The notes beneath the pieces are model-generated. The model did not search any database, was not told the DNA's origin, and saw nothing but the letters and a program-made list of their open reading frames with translations. Made by a program: the position numbers and the translations under genes. From Eledone cirrhosa (lineage: Eukaryota): 64,000 nt of DNA. Of the stretch, positions 18,645 through 31,794 are shown in pieces. Numbering within the stretch: the stretch's first letter is position 1; each line of letters starts with the position of its first letter. The DNA lies in the NCBI GenBank assembly GCA_964016885.1, contig OZ024741.1, forward strand, positions 296,670,001-296,734,000, in the 5' to 3' direction.

Positions 18645-21600
18645 GTAAAGCCTACAGAGTGTTGGGTTACCACAGAAGCCACTAGAGCGGAGGACCATGG
18701 GTTTGTGGACCAGTTCCTCAGTAAAGCCTACAGAGTGTTGGGTTACCACAGAAGCCACGAGAGCGGAGGACCATGGGTTTGTGGACCAGTTCCTCAGTAA
18801 AGCCTACAGAGTGTTGGGTTACCACAGAAGCCACTAGAGCGGAGGACCATGGGTTTGTGGACCAGTTCCTCAGTAAAGCCTACAGAGTGTTGGGTTACCA
18901 CAGAAGCCACTAGAGCGGAGGACCATGGGTTTGTGGACCAGTTCCTCAGTAAAGCCTACAGAGTGTTGGGTTACCACAGAAGCCACTAGAGCGGAGGACC
19001 ATGGGTTTGTGGACCAGTTCCTCAGTAAAGCCTACAGAGTGTTGGGTTACCACAGAAGCCACTAGAGCGGAGGACCATGGGTTTGTGGACCAGTTCCTCA
19101 GTAAAGCCTACAGAGTGTTGGGTTACCACAGAAGCCACTAGAGCGGAGGACCATGGGTTTGTGGACCAGTTCCTCAGTAAAGCCTACAGAGTGTTGGGTT
19201 ACCACAGAAGCCAGTAGAGTGGAGGGCCATGGGTTTGTAGACCAGTTCCTCAGTAAAGCCTACAGAGTGTTGGGTTACCACAGAAGCCACTAGAGTGGAG
19301 GGCCATGGGTTTGTAGACCAGTTCCTCAGTAAAGCCTACAGAGTGTTGGGTTACCACAGAAGCCACTAGAGTGGAGGGCCATGGGTTTGTAGACCAGTTC
19401 CTCAGTAAAGCCTACAGAGTGTTGGGTTACCACAGAAGCCAGTAGGGTGGAGGGCCATGGGTTTGTAGACCAGTTCCTCAGTAAAGCCTACAGAGTGTTG
19501 GGTTACCACAGAAGCCACTAGAGCGGAGGACCATGGGTTTGTGGACCAGTTCCTCAGTAAAGCCTACAGAGTGTTGGGTTACCACAGAAGCCACTAGAGC
19601 GGAGGGCCATGGGCTTGTAGACCAGTTCCTCAGTAAAGCCTACAGAGTGTTGGGTTACCACAGAAGCCAGTAGGGTGGAGGGCCATGGGTTTGTAGACCA
19701 GTTCCTCAGTAAAGCCTACACAGTGTTGGGTTACCACAGAAGCCAGTAGGGTGGAGGACCATGGGTTTGTAGACCAGTTCCTCAGTAAAGCCTACACAGT
19801 GTTGGGTTACCACAGAAGCCAGTAGAGCGGAGGGCCATGGGTTTGTAGACCAGTTCCTCAGTAAAGCCTACACAGTGTTGGGTTACCACAGAAGCCAGTA
19901 GGGTGGAGGGCCATGGGCTTGTAGACCAGTTCCTCAGTAAAGCCTACACAGTGTTGGGTTACCACAGAAGCCAGTAGGGTGGAGGGCCATGGGTTTGTAG
20001 ACCAGTTCCTCAGTAAAGCCTACAGAGTGTTGGGTTACCACAGAAGCCAGTAGGGTGGAGGGCCATGGGTTTGTAGACCAGTTCCTCAGTAAAGCCTACA
20101 GAGTGTTGGGTTACCACAGAAGCCAGTAGGGTGGAGGGCCATGGGTTTGTAGACCAGTTCCTCAGTAAAGCCTACAGAGTGTTGGGTTACCACAGAAGCC
20201 AGTAGGGTGGAAGGCCATGGGTTTGTAGACCAGTTCCTCAGTAAAGCCTACAGAGTGTTGGGTTACCACAGAAGCCAGTATGGTGGAGGGCCATGGGCTT
20301 GTAGACCAGTTCCTCAGTAAAGCCTACAGAGTGTTGGGTTACCACAGAAGCCAGTAGGGTGGAGGGCCATGGGCTTGTAGACCAGTTCCTCAGTAAAGCC
20401 TACAGAGTGTTGGGTTACCACAGAAGCCAGTAGGGTGGAGGGCCATGGGTTTGTAGACCAGTTCCTCAGTAAAGCCTACAGAGTGTTGGGTTACCACAGA
20501 AGCCAGTAGGGTGGAGGGCCATGGGTTTGTAGACCAGTTCCTCAGTAAAGCCTACAGAGTGTTGGGTTACCACAGAAGCCACTAGAGTGGAGGGCCATGG
20601 GTTTGTGGACCAGTTCCTCAGTAAAGCCTACAGAGTGTTGGGTTACCACAGAAGCCAGTAGGGTGGAGGGCCATGGGTTTGTAGACCAGTTCCTCAGTAA
20701 AGCCTACACAGTGTTGGGTTACCACAGAAGCCAGTAGGGTGGAGGGCCATGGGTTTGTAGACCAGTTCCTCAGTAAAGCCTACAGAGTGTTGGGTTACCA
20801 CAGGAGCCAGTAGGGTGGAGGGCCATGGGTTTGTAGACCAGTTCCTCAGTAAAGCCTACAGAGTGTTGGGTTACCACAGAAGCCACTAGAGCGGAGGACC
20901 ATGGGTTTGTGGACCAGTTCCTCAGTAAAGCCTACAGAGTGTTGGGTTACCACAGAAGCCAGTAGGGTGGAGGGCCATGGGCTTGTAGACCAGTTCCTCA
21001 GTAAAGCCTACAGAGTGTTGGGTTACCACAGAAGCCAGTAGGGTGGAGGGCCATGGGTTTGTAGACCAGTTCCTCAGTAAAGCCTACAGAGTGTTGGGTT
21101 ACCACAGAAGCCAGTAGGGTGGAGGGCCATGGGCTTGTAGACCAGTTCCTCAGTAAAGCCTACAGAGTGTTGGGTTACCACAGAAGCCAGTAGGGTGGAG
21201 GGCCATGGGTTTGTGGACCAGTTCCTCAGTAAAGCCTACACAGTGTTGGGTTACCACAGAAGCCAGTAGGGTGGAGGGCCATGGGCTTGTAGACCAGTTC
21301 CTCAGTAAAGCCTACAGAGTGTTGGGTTACCACAGAAGCCACTAGAGTGGAGGACCATGGGTTTGTGGACCAGTTCCCTAGTAAAGCCTACAGAGTGTTG
21401 GGTTACCACAGAAGCCAGTAGGGTGGAGGGCCATGGGCTTGTAGACCAGTTCCTCAGTAAAGCCTACAGAGTGTTGGGTTACCACAGAAGCCAGTAGGGT
21501 GGAGGGCCATGGGTTTGTGGACCAGTTCCTCAGTAAAGCCTACAGAGTGTTGGGTTACCACAGAAGCCACTAGAGCGGAGGACCATGGGTTTGTGGGCCA

Positions 21601-22425
21601 GTTCCTCAGTAAAGCCTACAGAGTGTTGGGTTACCACAGAAGCCACTAGAGCGGAGGGCCATGGGCTTGTAGACCAGTTCCTCAGTAAAGCCTACAGAGT
21701 GTTGGGTTACCACAGAAGCCAGTAGGGTGGAGGGCCATGGGTTTGTAGACCAGTTCCTCAGTAAAGCCTACAGAGTGTTGGGTTACCACAGAAGCCACTA
21801 GAGCGGAGGACAATGGGTTTGTGGACCAGTTCTTCAGTAAAGCCTACAGAGTGTTGGGTTACCACAGAAGCCAGTAGGGTGGAGGGCCATGGGTTTGTAG
21901 ACCAGTTCCTCAGTAAAGCCTACAGAGTGTTGGGTTACCACAGAAGCCACTAGAGCGGAGGACCATGGGTTTGTGGACCAGTTCCTCAGTAAAGCCTACA
22001 GAGTGTTGGGTTACCACAGAAGCCAGTAGGGTGGAGGGCCATGGGTTTGTGGACCAGTTCCTCAGTAAAGCCTACAGAGTGTTGGGTTACCACAGAAGCC
22101 ACTAGAGCGGAGGACCATGGGTTTGTGGACCAGTTCCTCAGTAAAGCCTACAGAGTGTTGGGTTACCACAGAAGCCAGTAGAGTGGAGGGCCATGGGTTT
22201 GTGGACCAGTTCCTCAGTAAAGCCTACAGAGTGTTGGGTTACCACAGAAGCCACTAGAGCGGAGGACCATGGGTTTGTGGACCAGTTCCTCAGTAAAGCC
22301 TACAGAGTGTTGGGTTACCACAGAAGCCAGTAGGGTGGAGGACCATGGGTTTGTAGACTAGTTCCTCAGTAACGCCTACAGAGTGTTGGGTTACCACAGA
22401 AGCCAGTAGGGTGGAGGGCCATGGA
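18645..22425. repeat. 76-bp tandem satellite, about 50 copies
   Basis: Unit gtaaagcctacagagtgttgggttaccacagaagcca(c/g)tag(a/g)g(c/t)ggagg(a/g)ccatggg(t/c)ttgt(g/a)gaccagttcctca. Period checked from 18721 to 18797. Confidence 0.97.
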
Positions 22426-23150
22426 TTGTCCCAGATTTAGAACAATTTACGGTGGTATGGTGGTATGCTTAGAAATACAACCTTGGAATTATTGCGGATT
22501 ATTGTCTACATAAAATGTTCTGAAGCTCCCTCTAAACTGAAAGAACCATGACACTCTCGATTCTTTGGCGCGAAATTACCACAAAATTCGATGCTTAATC
22601 ACGTGATCTTCCCAACCTATCAAATTGTACTTCAAACATATTACAATCGGAACCACTTATTTGCATAAGACTGAAAGAACTTTACAACACCAGTTAGATG
22701 CAAGATACACTACGGTATGGCCACACATCTCTCCATTTCTCTTAACTTTTGAAAATCATGAAACTTCTGAAACCGGTAAAGTTATAAGTCAGTCTTTTTC
22801 GTGGCTATGGTCACTGCGGCCCTTCTGTCGGTCGTTGTCTTCATTTTGCAAAGCTGTCTAAACGTAATGTTATAACTCTAGGGTTATATACCCTATCGAG
22901 TGCTTAGCTGCACACCGAAACTGCATTCGTTAGCTTGGCTGCAACCATGGCTTCGTTGATGCTGTACTAAATTTTATGTGTATATATATATATATATATA
23001 GGAAAAGAGTCAGGACCCCGACGGCAGAGCCCAACCTGTTTCTACGGCTATTTCTGGACTGACTCTTTTCCTATTACCCATTCTACTACCAAAAGTATCG
23101 AGTACTCTGGTGCGTTATGGTCCACCTGGTTCCTTACCACACTTCCTTCG

Positions 23151-23193
<43 letters not shown>

Positions 23194-23979
23194 CATACAT
23201 ATATATTAAAGTTTTCGCTCCGATTAAAGTTTTCGCTCCGAGAGCTTTGTTGAAGACTGCGTAGCTGAATCTTCCTCAGAATTACGTTATGGGTACACGT
23301 GCTTTTGGAATATTCAATCATTTGCACGATAATATAAAATGGACTGTACATGTGATTCAAAGAGCCAGTTTTGTTGCAGAATACTGAACTGAATCTCCCT
23401 GCGAATTGCGTTAAAGTTACACGTTTATTTCTTCGGCAGGCTGTTCTGTTGATGGAACACTCGGAACACTCATCGTCGAAACCGACGGATGTTCATTCCA
23501 TTCCCTTTTTAATTGAGATATATGTGATGTCTCTTTAATTATGATTTATGGAGAGGAGGGATCAGGAATTTGGTGATATCATAAATTGGGACATCAAATT
23601 GTCAACAAAGATATGTGTTTGTGTGTGGGTGTGAGTGTGTTTGTGTGTGTGTGGGGTGTGTGTGTGTGTGTGTGGGGGGGGGGGTTATATGTGGATGTGG
23701 GTGAGTGTATGTGTGTGTGGGGGGTGTATGTAGGTGTGTGTGCGTGTATGTATATATGTGTGTGATTGTGTAGGTGTGTGGGGTTGTATGTGGGGGAGGA
23801 GGAGGTTTATCTGTGGATATATGTGTGGGTTTGTGTGTAAGTGTGCGTGTATGTATATATGTGTGTGTGTGTTTGTGTAGGTGTGTGTGTGTGTGTGTGT
23901 TTACAATGGATTGTCAAGAATCTACCCATCTACAATTACAGTAATAAGGACACTCCTGCATCAGAAAGAAAAATTGTTG

Positions 23980-24310
23980 GCACCACCACCACCATCGCTA
24001 CCATCAACACCAACACCACAATCAACACCACCATCACCATCAACACCACCACCACCATCAACACCACCACCACCAACACCACCACCACCACCATCACCAT
24101 CAACACCACCATCACCATCAACACCACCATCACCATCAACACCACCATCAACACCACCACCACCATCACCATCAACACCACCATCACCATCAACATCACC
24201 ATCACCATTAACACCACGTTCATCATCAACACCACCATCACCATCAACACCACCATCACCACACCATCACCATACCATCACCATCATCACCATTAACACC
24301 ACTATTAACA
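23980..24310. repeat. (ACC/ATC/AAC)n microsatellite
   Basis: Direct reading. Confidence 0.9.
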
Positions 24311-24752
24311 TCTGAAGCACTTTTAAACCTAGGGAGCCCATCTCTTCTCCAGGTCTGAATACAGCAGATTTCTTCCAGAGAAGGATAGAGAGTGAGAGAA
24401 TGGAAGTGAGAAAGACATAGAGGAAGAATCGGCCCCAGTATTAGACTGGTACTTTTTTATCGACCTCGAAAGGATGAAAGGTAAAGTTGACCTTGGCGGG
24501 ATTTAGACTCAGTAAAAAAGAGAGCCCGAACGAATACCACAAGGTATTCTATCCGTCGATCTGACGTCTCTGCCAACTCGCCGCCAATCCTTATGTAAAC
24601 ATGTAAAGTTTTAGTCATTCACATTTTTCACCTATTTATTGAACCAATGAAGAATGTTGCTATGATAAAATAAGGGAAATCAACATAAGTGGTTTTGTAT
24701 CCTGACGGAATCGAGATACGGTAAATCAATGTCTTGTTCAACTCTATAGAGC

Positions 24753-25620
24753 ACTAGCAGTGTATCCCGGCGTTGCACGGGTAAGAACATTGGTAATAGC
24801 ACCTCCAATGAGAAACGTTTATTTGTGAGTGCCTGTTAAAAACTCACGAAAATATACCGACAGGAAACTTGTTTTATTTGGAGAAAATTAAGAAGTTGAA
24901 AGTACAGTTTAGCTGTCTACGTGCATTGTTCATAGAAATGTTGTTGAGCCCCTTCTTTTCATACTCCTCTGTTTTGGCCTTTTAGAGTAAATGTGAAAGA
25001 GAAAGTCACAGATTAAGTTGGCAGAAGGTTCCAGTGCAATTAAGGCGTAGGCTACTTACCTCAAAAGTTCATTCGCACTCTTTCCACTAAGTTACTCTTT
25101 CTCTCTATCCCTCTCGGTGCAGTCCCTTGCGAATTTCTCGCGTGGGCCTGGTGTAGATTTGCACCCGATCCATCTACCGGATGCACATGTCCGCTTTATA
25201 CGGCTTTTGGAGGAAGGAGTAACCAGCAATACGTTGTTCGGTATTATTACGAAAAGGTGTAGCAGAGAATCCCGCGTGAACTAACAGCTCGGCAGCTTTA
25301 GCTTTGAAAAAATGAAATGTGCAGTGTAAACATTTTTTTATTATTCCTCCATCTCTTTCTTTCTCTCTGGAAGAAATCAGCTGTAGTAAGACCTAAAAAA
25401 ATGATTACATACACCATAACGCACCGTGCATCACGGTGGAGTTGAAAAGCAGACTCAGAACATGGCGTTGTGTGGGGGTGGCTCGCAGCCCAATGTTCCA
25501 GGAGGAGGAGAAGAAGAAGAAAAGAAGAAGAAGAAGAAGAAGAAGGTGTGAGCTGGAATCCTATAAGATATGTAGGTTGTGTCTTAAATTGAAGGTTTAG
25601 TAGAAACAATTCATGTATAG
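24753..25620 (-). mobile_element. Non-autonomous Helitron-like element (5' boundary approximate)
   Basis: actagcagtgtatcccggcgttgcacggg is the reverse complement of the 3' hairpin plus CTAGT. Confidence 0.55.
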
Positions 25621-26279
25621 TTTTGTACTTTTCTTTTTGTCATTCGTATATTTAAAAAAATCTACTATATAAATTGGAAGCGGTCGGACGTTGTATATGT
25701 AGGTGTAGTCGGATAAACGTCGAAACGGCTTGGTGGAATGCAGCGAAAATTTACACAGTTATGCAGAATGACCCGGGGAGGCGTTGGGTCGACTGTCAGT
25801 CAAGCTACAAGTTTCCATGGTTACGGAGAAATGAATTTTCCATTCAAATTGAACTGAGAGTAATCTGTGAACGCAGAAATAAATATTTCGAGAAACGTTG
25901 CAACCGAACGAAAACAGGAAGACGATATTTTGGTTCGTTAAGACGTCCCCTGGCAATGAACGGGAAAAAAGCGAGGATAATACGTCGTTATGTGGAGCAT
26001 TAAGAACAATTTCATGCAAAGACAAGACCAAGTTTATGGTATAAATGGAGTCGTTAGACTAATATTCTATTTAAAATAACAGAATGATTTCCAGCCCCGG
26101 AGTTTAAGAATGATGTAAATAAAATTGAAAACGAAAATGACAGAGGTTATTAAAATAGTAAAAGTAAATAGTGAAGATTTAGGCCAGTACATACGTATGC
26201 CCCGACAGACATACACATACATACGCACACACAAATACATAAACCCCCCCCCCCCCACACACACACGAACGCACGCGCG

Positions 26280-26716
26280 TATGTATAAACCTTATGCATT
26301 TCTACAGTATTTTCACCAAACTTAAGACATAGGTTACTTATGTACTCCGGATGGTCATGGGCACTGTCATTTTTCCAGATATTGATTATAGGGTCCCCCG
26401 GCAGATAACCCCTTTAACCACTTCCTTGGAGTCGACTGAAGCACTGCAGTGCAATGCAACAAAACCTCATAACTTCTGGAGTTCGCAACCGATTTTCACA
26501 AAACTTGACACATGGGCTATGTTTGTCCTACAGATGAATGTGAACTCTCAGAATTGGCACACATTGGGTAGGGTACCCCTGGGGGCGGGAACCCCCTTTT
26601 GGAAAAAGCCGATGATTTTGTAAAAGTATAGTTTTCGAAGCAGCACTGAAGTATTGACATAAATGGTATACACAACTGCTATTTAATATCCGAGCAACGC
26701 CGGGTACCTCTACTAA
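26280..26716 (+). mobile_element. Non-autonomous Helitron-like element
   Basis: 3' ccgagcaacgccgggtacctctacta. Internal accgattttcacaaaacttgacaca motif shared with 58190 and 62100. Confidence 0.55.
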
Positions 26717-27639
26717 TATATATATATATATATGTGTGTGTGTGAATGTAGCGAAGATAGTACGTCAACAATGACGTGTTCGTCAGAATGTCGTGATGCA
26801 GACAGTCAGACATACAGACATATATTATAAGGGCTCGACGGAGATCGATAACCGGCACCTAACATCCCTTTAACAACAGAAAATTGAAATATAAAAGCTG
26901 CAGTTAATATCTTTAGACCGCAAGGAATATATAAATGCAAGTTTGAAGTCAATCGGAGTAGAAATGTGGATTTGTATAGACTTTGCAAAAATGAGGGGAC
27001 ACACACATACAGACATCAACAGTTTTATATATATAGATATTTTGTCAAGATTAGCTGAATCCACTTTGAAAGTAGTCTAAGTCTAATGTTTGTCACGAAC
27101 TCGGAAGCTCATCAGGCCGATGCTTATCCCTGGTCTTATGACATGAAACGATTGTCCCCGTTGGACAAGACGCTAATCCATCGCAGGTTTAAACTCCCAG
27201 CTATTGCTGGTACTCATTTTTTAGCTGAGTATACTGGAGTAATATCAAATAAAGTGTTTTGCTTAAGAACACATCACAGAAACCACAACATTATGGCCGT
27301 AAGTCCAACACCCTTACCACTAGGCCACGCGCCTCCACTTTGCATGTAGAGATTATAAATATATTATTGTTGTTGTCCTGTGCATCCATATCTTTTGAAA
27401 TCTGTAGATCTGGCGTGAGTTCAGATAATGAAAAGCAAGAAAGGAAGATAATTCCTACTCCTATAATGTGGGGTGATTCAAGTTTCTGAATATACATAAA
27501 GGGTGTTTGGGTTTTGAAATTGCGACGCGAGTCTCAGTATTTTTTTCCATTTGTCATATTAAGACTGCCAGACTCTATTTGTATGTATATACTTCATCTG
27601 GAGCAAGCAGTTCCCTGTGGTACTTTTGTTGCGCGCGCG

Positions 27640-27670
<31 letters not shown>

Positions 27671-28660
27671 AGTTTCACTTATTAAATATCGAGGATTGAC
27701 TCAAGTAATTCAAAGGTACGAGCTTGTCACACACTGTGTCATGCAAAATTTCCTTGAGAACTACGTTAAGGATACACGTGTCTGTAGAATGCTCACTCAC
27801 TTGCATGTCAATTTCAGTAAGAGGTTATTCCGTGGTTTAGAAAAACTGGAACACTCGTCGACTGGAATAGCCATGGAAACCCGATTCCCTCTCATTATAC
27901 CATCGGCAATTGTAATTAGCAACGCCTATTTAGACCAACCAGCATTCCTTATCTATTTTCCATGTCACGCGTGGTGACGTGACCATGTCTGCTCTTTGGC
28001 CAATTAAGCTGATTAGTCTGTTTAAATGAGAAAGGGTGTGCCATTATTTCTTAGCTCATTATTTATTTAACTAATTGATACTTTTAACATGCTCGCACGC
28101 ACACACACACACACGCACACACACACACACATATATAGGAACGATCGACTTTCGTCAAATCGGACCGAGGGAACAATGTTTCCGTTGGTCTTTCCAATTG
28201 CTAATACTATCTATCGGTCGCAACTCCAGGTAGAAGGAGCAACGTGAAATAAAGTGTCTTGCCCAAGGACATAACGCATCGCCTGGTCCAGGAATCGAAC
28301 TCACAACCTTATGATTGCGAATCCAATTCTCTAACCACTCAGCCACACGCCTTCACCACACATATATATATAGTAATAATAATAAATGTGAAGACTAAAA
28401 TCCAAAGAGGGCTCGATTAGGATAAATATATATCAAATATATAAGAACCCTAGAGCAAATATTTATTAAAATAACAGATTAAAGTTTAAGCAAAGAATCG
28501 CTGCTTTCACCCTTCAGAAGATCCCGTTAACGGTGAAAGCAGCGATTCTTTGCTTAAACTTTAATCTGTTATTTTAATATATATATATATAAACATATTT
28601 ATACATACATAAATACATACATACATACACACACACATATATATATACATACATACTTAT

Positions 28661-28721
<61 letters not shown>

Positions 28722-28932
28722 CTTAGACATATTTATACATACATATAAATATATATATATATACACACACACATATATATATATATATATAAGTTGACGG
28801 GACTAGCATGACTTTCACCGTTAGTACCAGCTGCATCTCAGCGTACTCAATAGGTAATGTTGTGTACAATCCCAGAGTAGACACAGTTATTTGCTTCAAT
28901 GCAACATACGTTAATGTGTACCTCCAATCTAT

Positions 28933-29019
28933 ACTCGTACTTGAGTTTCGGCCACACATAATGCAGCAATAGAGTGCATCCACAATGCACAATCGGCGCA
29001 CGTCGCTTCATCAGCGGGT
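28933..29019 (-). ncRNA. Hammerhead ribozyme, intact core, decayed stems
   Basis: ACCCG-CTGATGA-[AGCGACGTG...GTGCAT/ATGCAC hairpin...TGTGTGGCC]-GAAA-CTCAAG-TA-CGAGT. Cleavage triplet GUA. Confidence 0.6.
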
Positions 29020-29093
29020 TTCGTCTAATCAATAACCAAACGATCATATATATATGTGTGTGTGCATATATATATATATATGTGTGTGTGTGC

Positions 29094-29135
<42 letters not shown>

Positions 29136-30329
29136 ATGTGTGTGTGTGTGTGTCACACGTACACATACTCACACACATATATATATATATACCAAGATAT
29201 TGGAAATTAACAATTGTCACTACATTTGGCACAAGTTCAGCAATTTGACGGGCAAGAGAAAGTCAATGAAATCGAGCTCAGAACGTTGCTGGTATTTTGT
29301 TTTATCTACCCCGTAAGGATGAAAGACAAGCTAAGCTCGACGGGATTTGAACTCAGAACGTCAAGGGACGTATCTATATGCCGCAAAGCATGTTGCCCGA
29401 CATTCTACCGATACTGTCAATCCACCACTCATAATAATTGTTTCTACTTTTAGCACAATGCCAGCAATTACCCCCAGTGTATTACTGGTGTTTTATTTTA
29501 TCGGCCCCGTAAGGATGAAATGCAAATAATTGTTTCTACTTTTGGCACAAGGCCAGCAATTACCCAGTACATTACTGGTACTTTATTTTATCGACCCCGT
29601 AAGGATGAAAGGCAAAGTTAACCTTGGTGGGATTTGAACTCAGTTCGTAAAGGGACATAACTCTATGCTGCATAGCATGGCGTCCGACCCTCTATTGATA
29701 CTGCCAATCTTAGAGTTGGGAGAGTGGATTAACTCGACCATTAGAAAAATAATAGGGTGGGGTGGGGCGTATTTTCCACAAGTTATAATGCCAATTTGCA
29801 ATACAGCTGATAGGCTGTTTATTTTTTCATTAAAATGAATACGTATATAATAAGTGGGATATGTGAATTAGTACAAAATATAGAGGGACACATTTTCCAT
29901 TTTAAATTTTCCTTAATTCCGTTTTTACGAGACCCCTGGGAGAGGATGATGCTGTGTGGGGGGTTTTGGTGTGTAAAAATATAAATAACAAAAACAAATC
30001 ACATTCCACAATGGGAGTGGGAGGACTGCTAGGGAAAATTCACTCTCCCAGTTGTCCTCCCACAATCTATAGTTGTATACTCAGAGCAGGCTCGTTCACT
30101 CGGACCTTGCTCGCCACTCTTGCCCATCTTTCAACGAACTGACTTTCCCAAAATACACGACCACTCCACCTCTCAATCCTGGTGGATGGCTTGGAGCTAC
30201 CAAAGATGGGTACAAAAGCTGGTGCCCCAAAAAGTATCATCTCGCTAATGTTCACCACACCTATATCTTGTGGCATTAAGTTGTTTCACAAGTAACCCTG
30301 ATTCTATGGTGGCCCAAGGCTATGTGCGT

Positions 30330-30590
30330 TCACACTCCCCAATTTGAGTGTAGTCATGTTTTCCACATCAAACAAATGATGTACTCACGTTGGCGTTGGA
30401 GGCAATATAGTTTCAACTTTCCGAGTGATCTCAGAAATTAAAAAGGCCAGTCATATCGACTATCGTTTTTTTTTCGAAATTAACCATTGGGGTGTTTCCC
30501 TTTTCATACTTTGTTTCGTGTGGGGAAACCACACCGGGCAACAGAATTCAAGGTAAGGCCAAGCAAAGGTAGAGAAGAGAAGGATAAAGG
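30330..30590 (-). mobile_element. Decayed fragment of the same CR1-group LINE
   Basis: Visibly similar to 11510-11750 (tttcatactttgtttcgtgtgggga, gtagagaagagaaggataa). Confidence 0.65.
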
Positions 30591-31494
30591 TAGGTAGGTA
30601 TGTATGTATGTAATAAATGAAACAAAACACACACAGTGGTGTAAAAATACACAGTTATATTAGGTTCATACTTGGAGGAAATGGAGGAAGGTTCGACATC
30701 TTGGGTTCAGAAGTCCTTCATCAGGAAAGTTCAGATAAGAAGAGAACAGTTATGGACACAAGTAGTGTGTGAAAGTTCGGAAAGGAAGTTATATATATAT
30801 ACATATACATACAAATAATAATTGTTTCTACTTTTAGCACAAGGCCAGCAATTACCCAGTACATTACTGGTACTTTATTTTATCGACCCCGTAAGGATGA
30901 AAGTTAACCTCGGCGGGATTTGAACTCAGATCGTAAAGGGACGTAACTATGCTGGAAAGCATGGCGTCCGACTCTCTACCTATACTGCCAATCCACCGCC
31001 CATACATACAAATAATAATTGTTTCTACTTTTGGCACAAGGCCAGTAATTACCCAGTACATTACTGGTACTTTATTTTATCGACCCCGTAAGGATGAAAG
31101 GAAAAGTTAACCTCGGCGGGATTTGAGCTCAGAATGGCAAGGGCCATAACTCTATACGTCAAAGCATGGCGTCCGGCCCTCTACCGATACTGCCAATCCA
31201 TTGGGAAGGCTATGAAACTGTTTGTTTACATGAATATTTCGTATATGATTCAATATACAACCCCAGTCATGTATGTATGTATGTATATATGTATGTGTGC
31301 GTACATGGACGCCTACAAAAACCCACATGCACACATTGATGTCACCTATTCAAATATCACCTATTATGATCATGTGATTTATGAGATATAAAATTGTTGA
31401 AATGATGACATTTGGTTCTGAAGAGAAAAGAGAATGAGAGAGGACAGAGGTGAGAGCATAAAAGATAACTAAACGGAGATATTGGGTGTGGGGA

Positions 31495-31534
<40 letters not shown>

Positions 31535-31581
31535 AAATAAGAACAAAGTGGAGGTGTTACATATGAGATTTATTGCTCAAC

Positions 31582-31666
31582 CCAGTTACAAATGTTCCCA
31601 GATAGCTTGCTCGTGATCTGGGGTCATCCCAGACCAGACTCCAAGTCTGCCTGATCCTCAGACCAG
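31582..31666 (-). ncRNA. Degenerate hammerhead with branched stem II
   Basis: CTGGT-CTGAGGA-[TCAGG..two hairpins..TCTGG]-GAA(one A missing)-CATTTG-TA-ACTGG. Confidence 0.4.
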
Positions 31667-31794
31667 TGTTAACACAACAAAAATTACATCAAATCTGAAG
31701 ATGAACCAGCCAGACACAAACAAGCCTATAGAATAACTAGAATCCAACGGATGTGTGTATGCATGCGTATGTATATCTATCTATATATATATAT

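Noticed and set aside
18645-22425. 76-bp satellite as tandem tRNA or tandem hammerhead
   Set aside because: The length matches a tRNA but there is no A/B box or cloverleaf. The minus strand has CTGAGGA but the unit has no GAAA.
26760-26790. CTGACGA followed by an ACGTCA/TGACGT hairpin
   Set aside because: No downstream GAAA or stem I partner.
30690-30730. Hammerhead candidate (minus-strand CTGATGA)
   Set aside because: GAAA is absent (CAAGA instead) and stem III cannot be formed. At best a dead relic.
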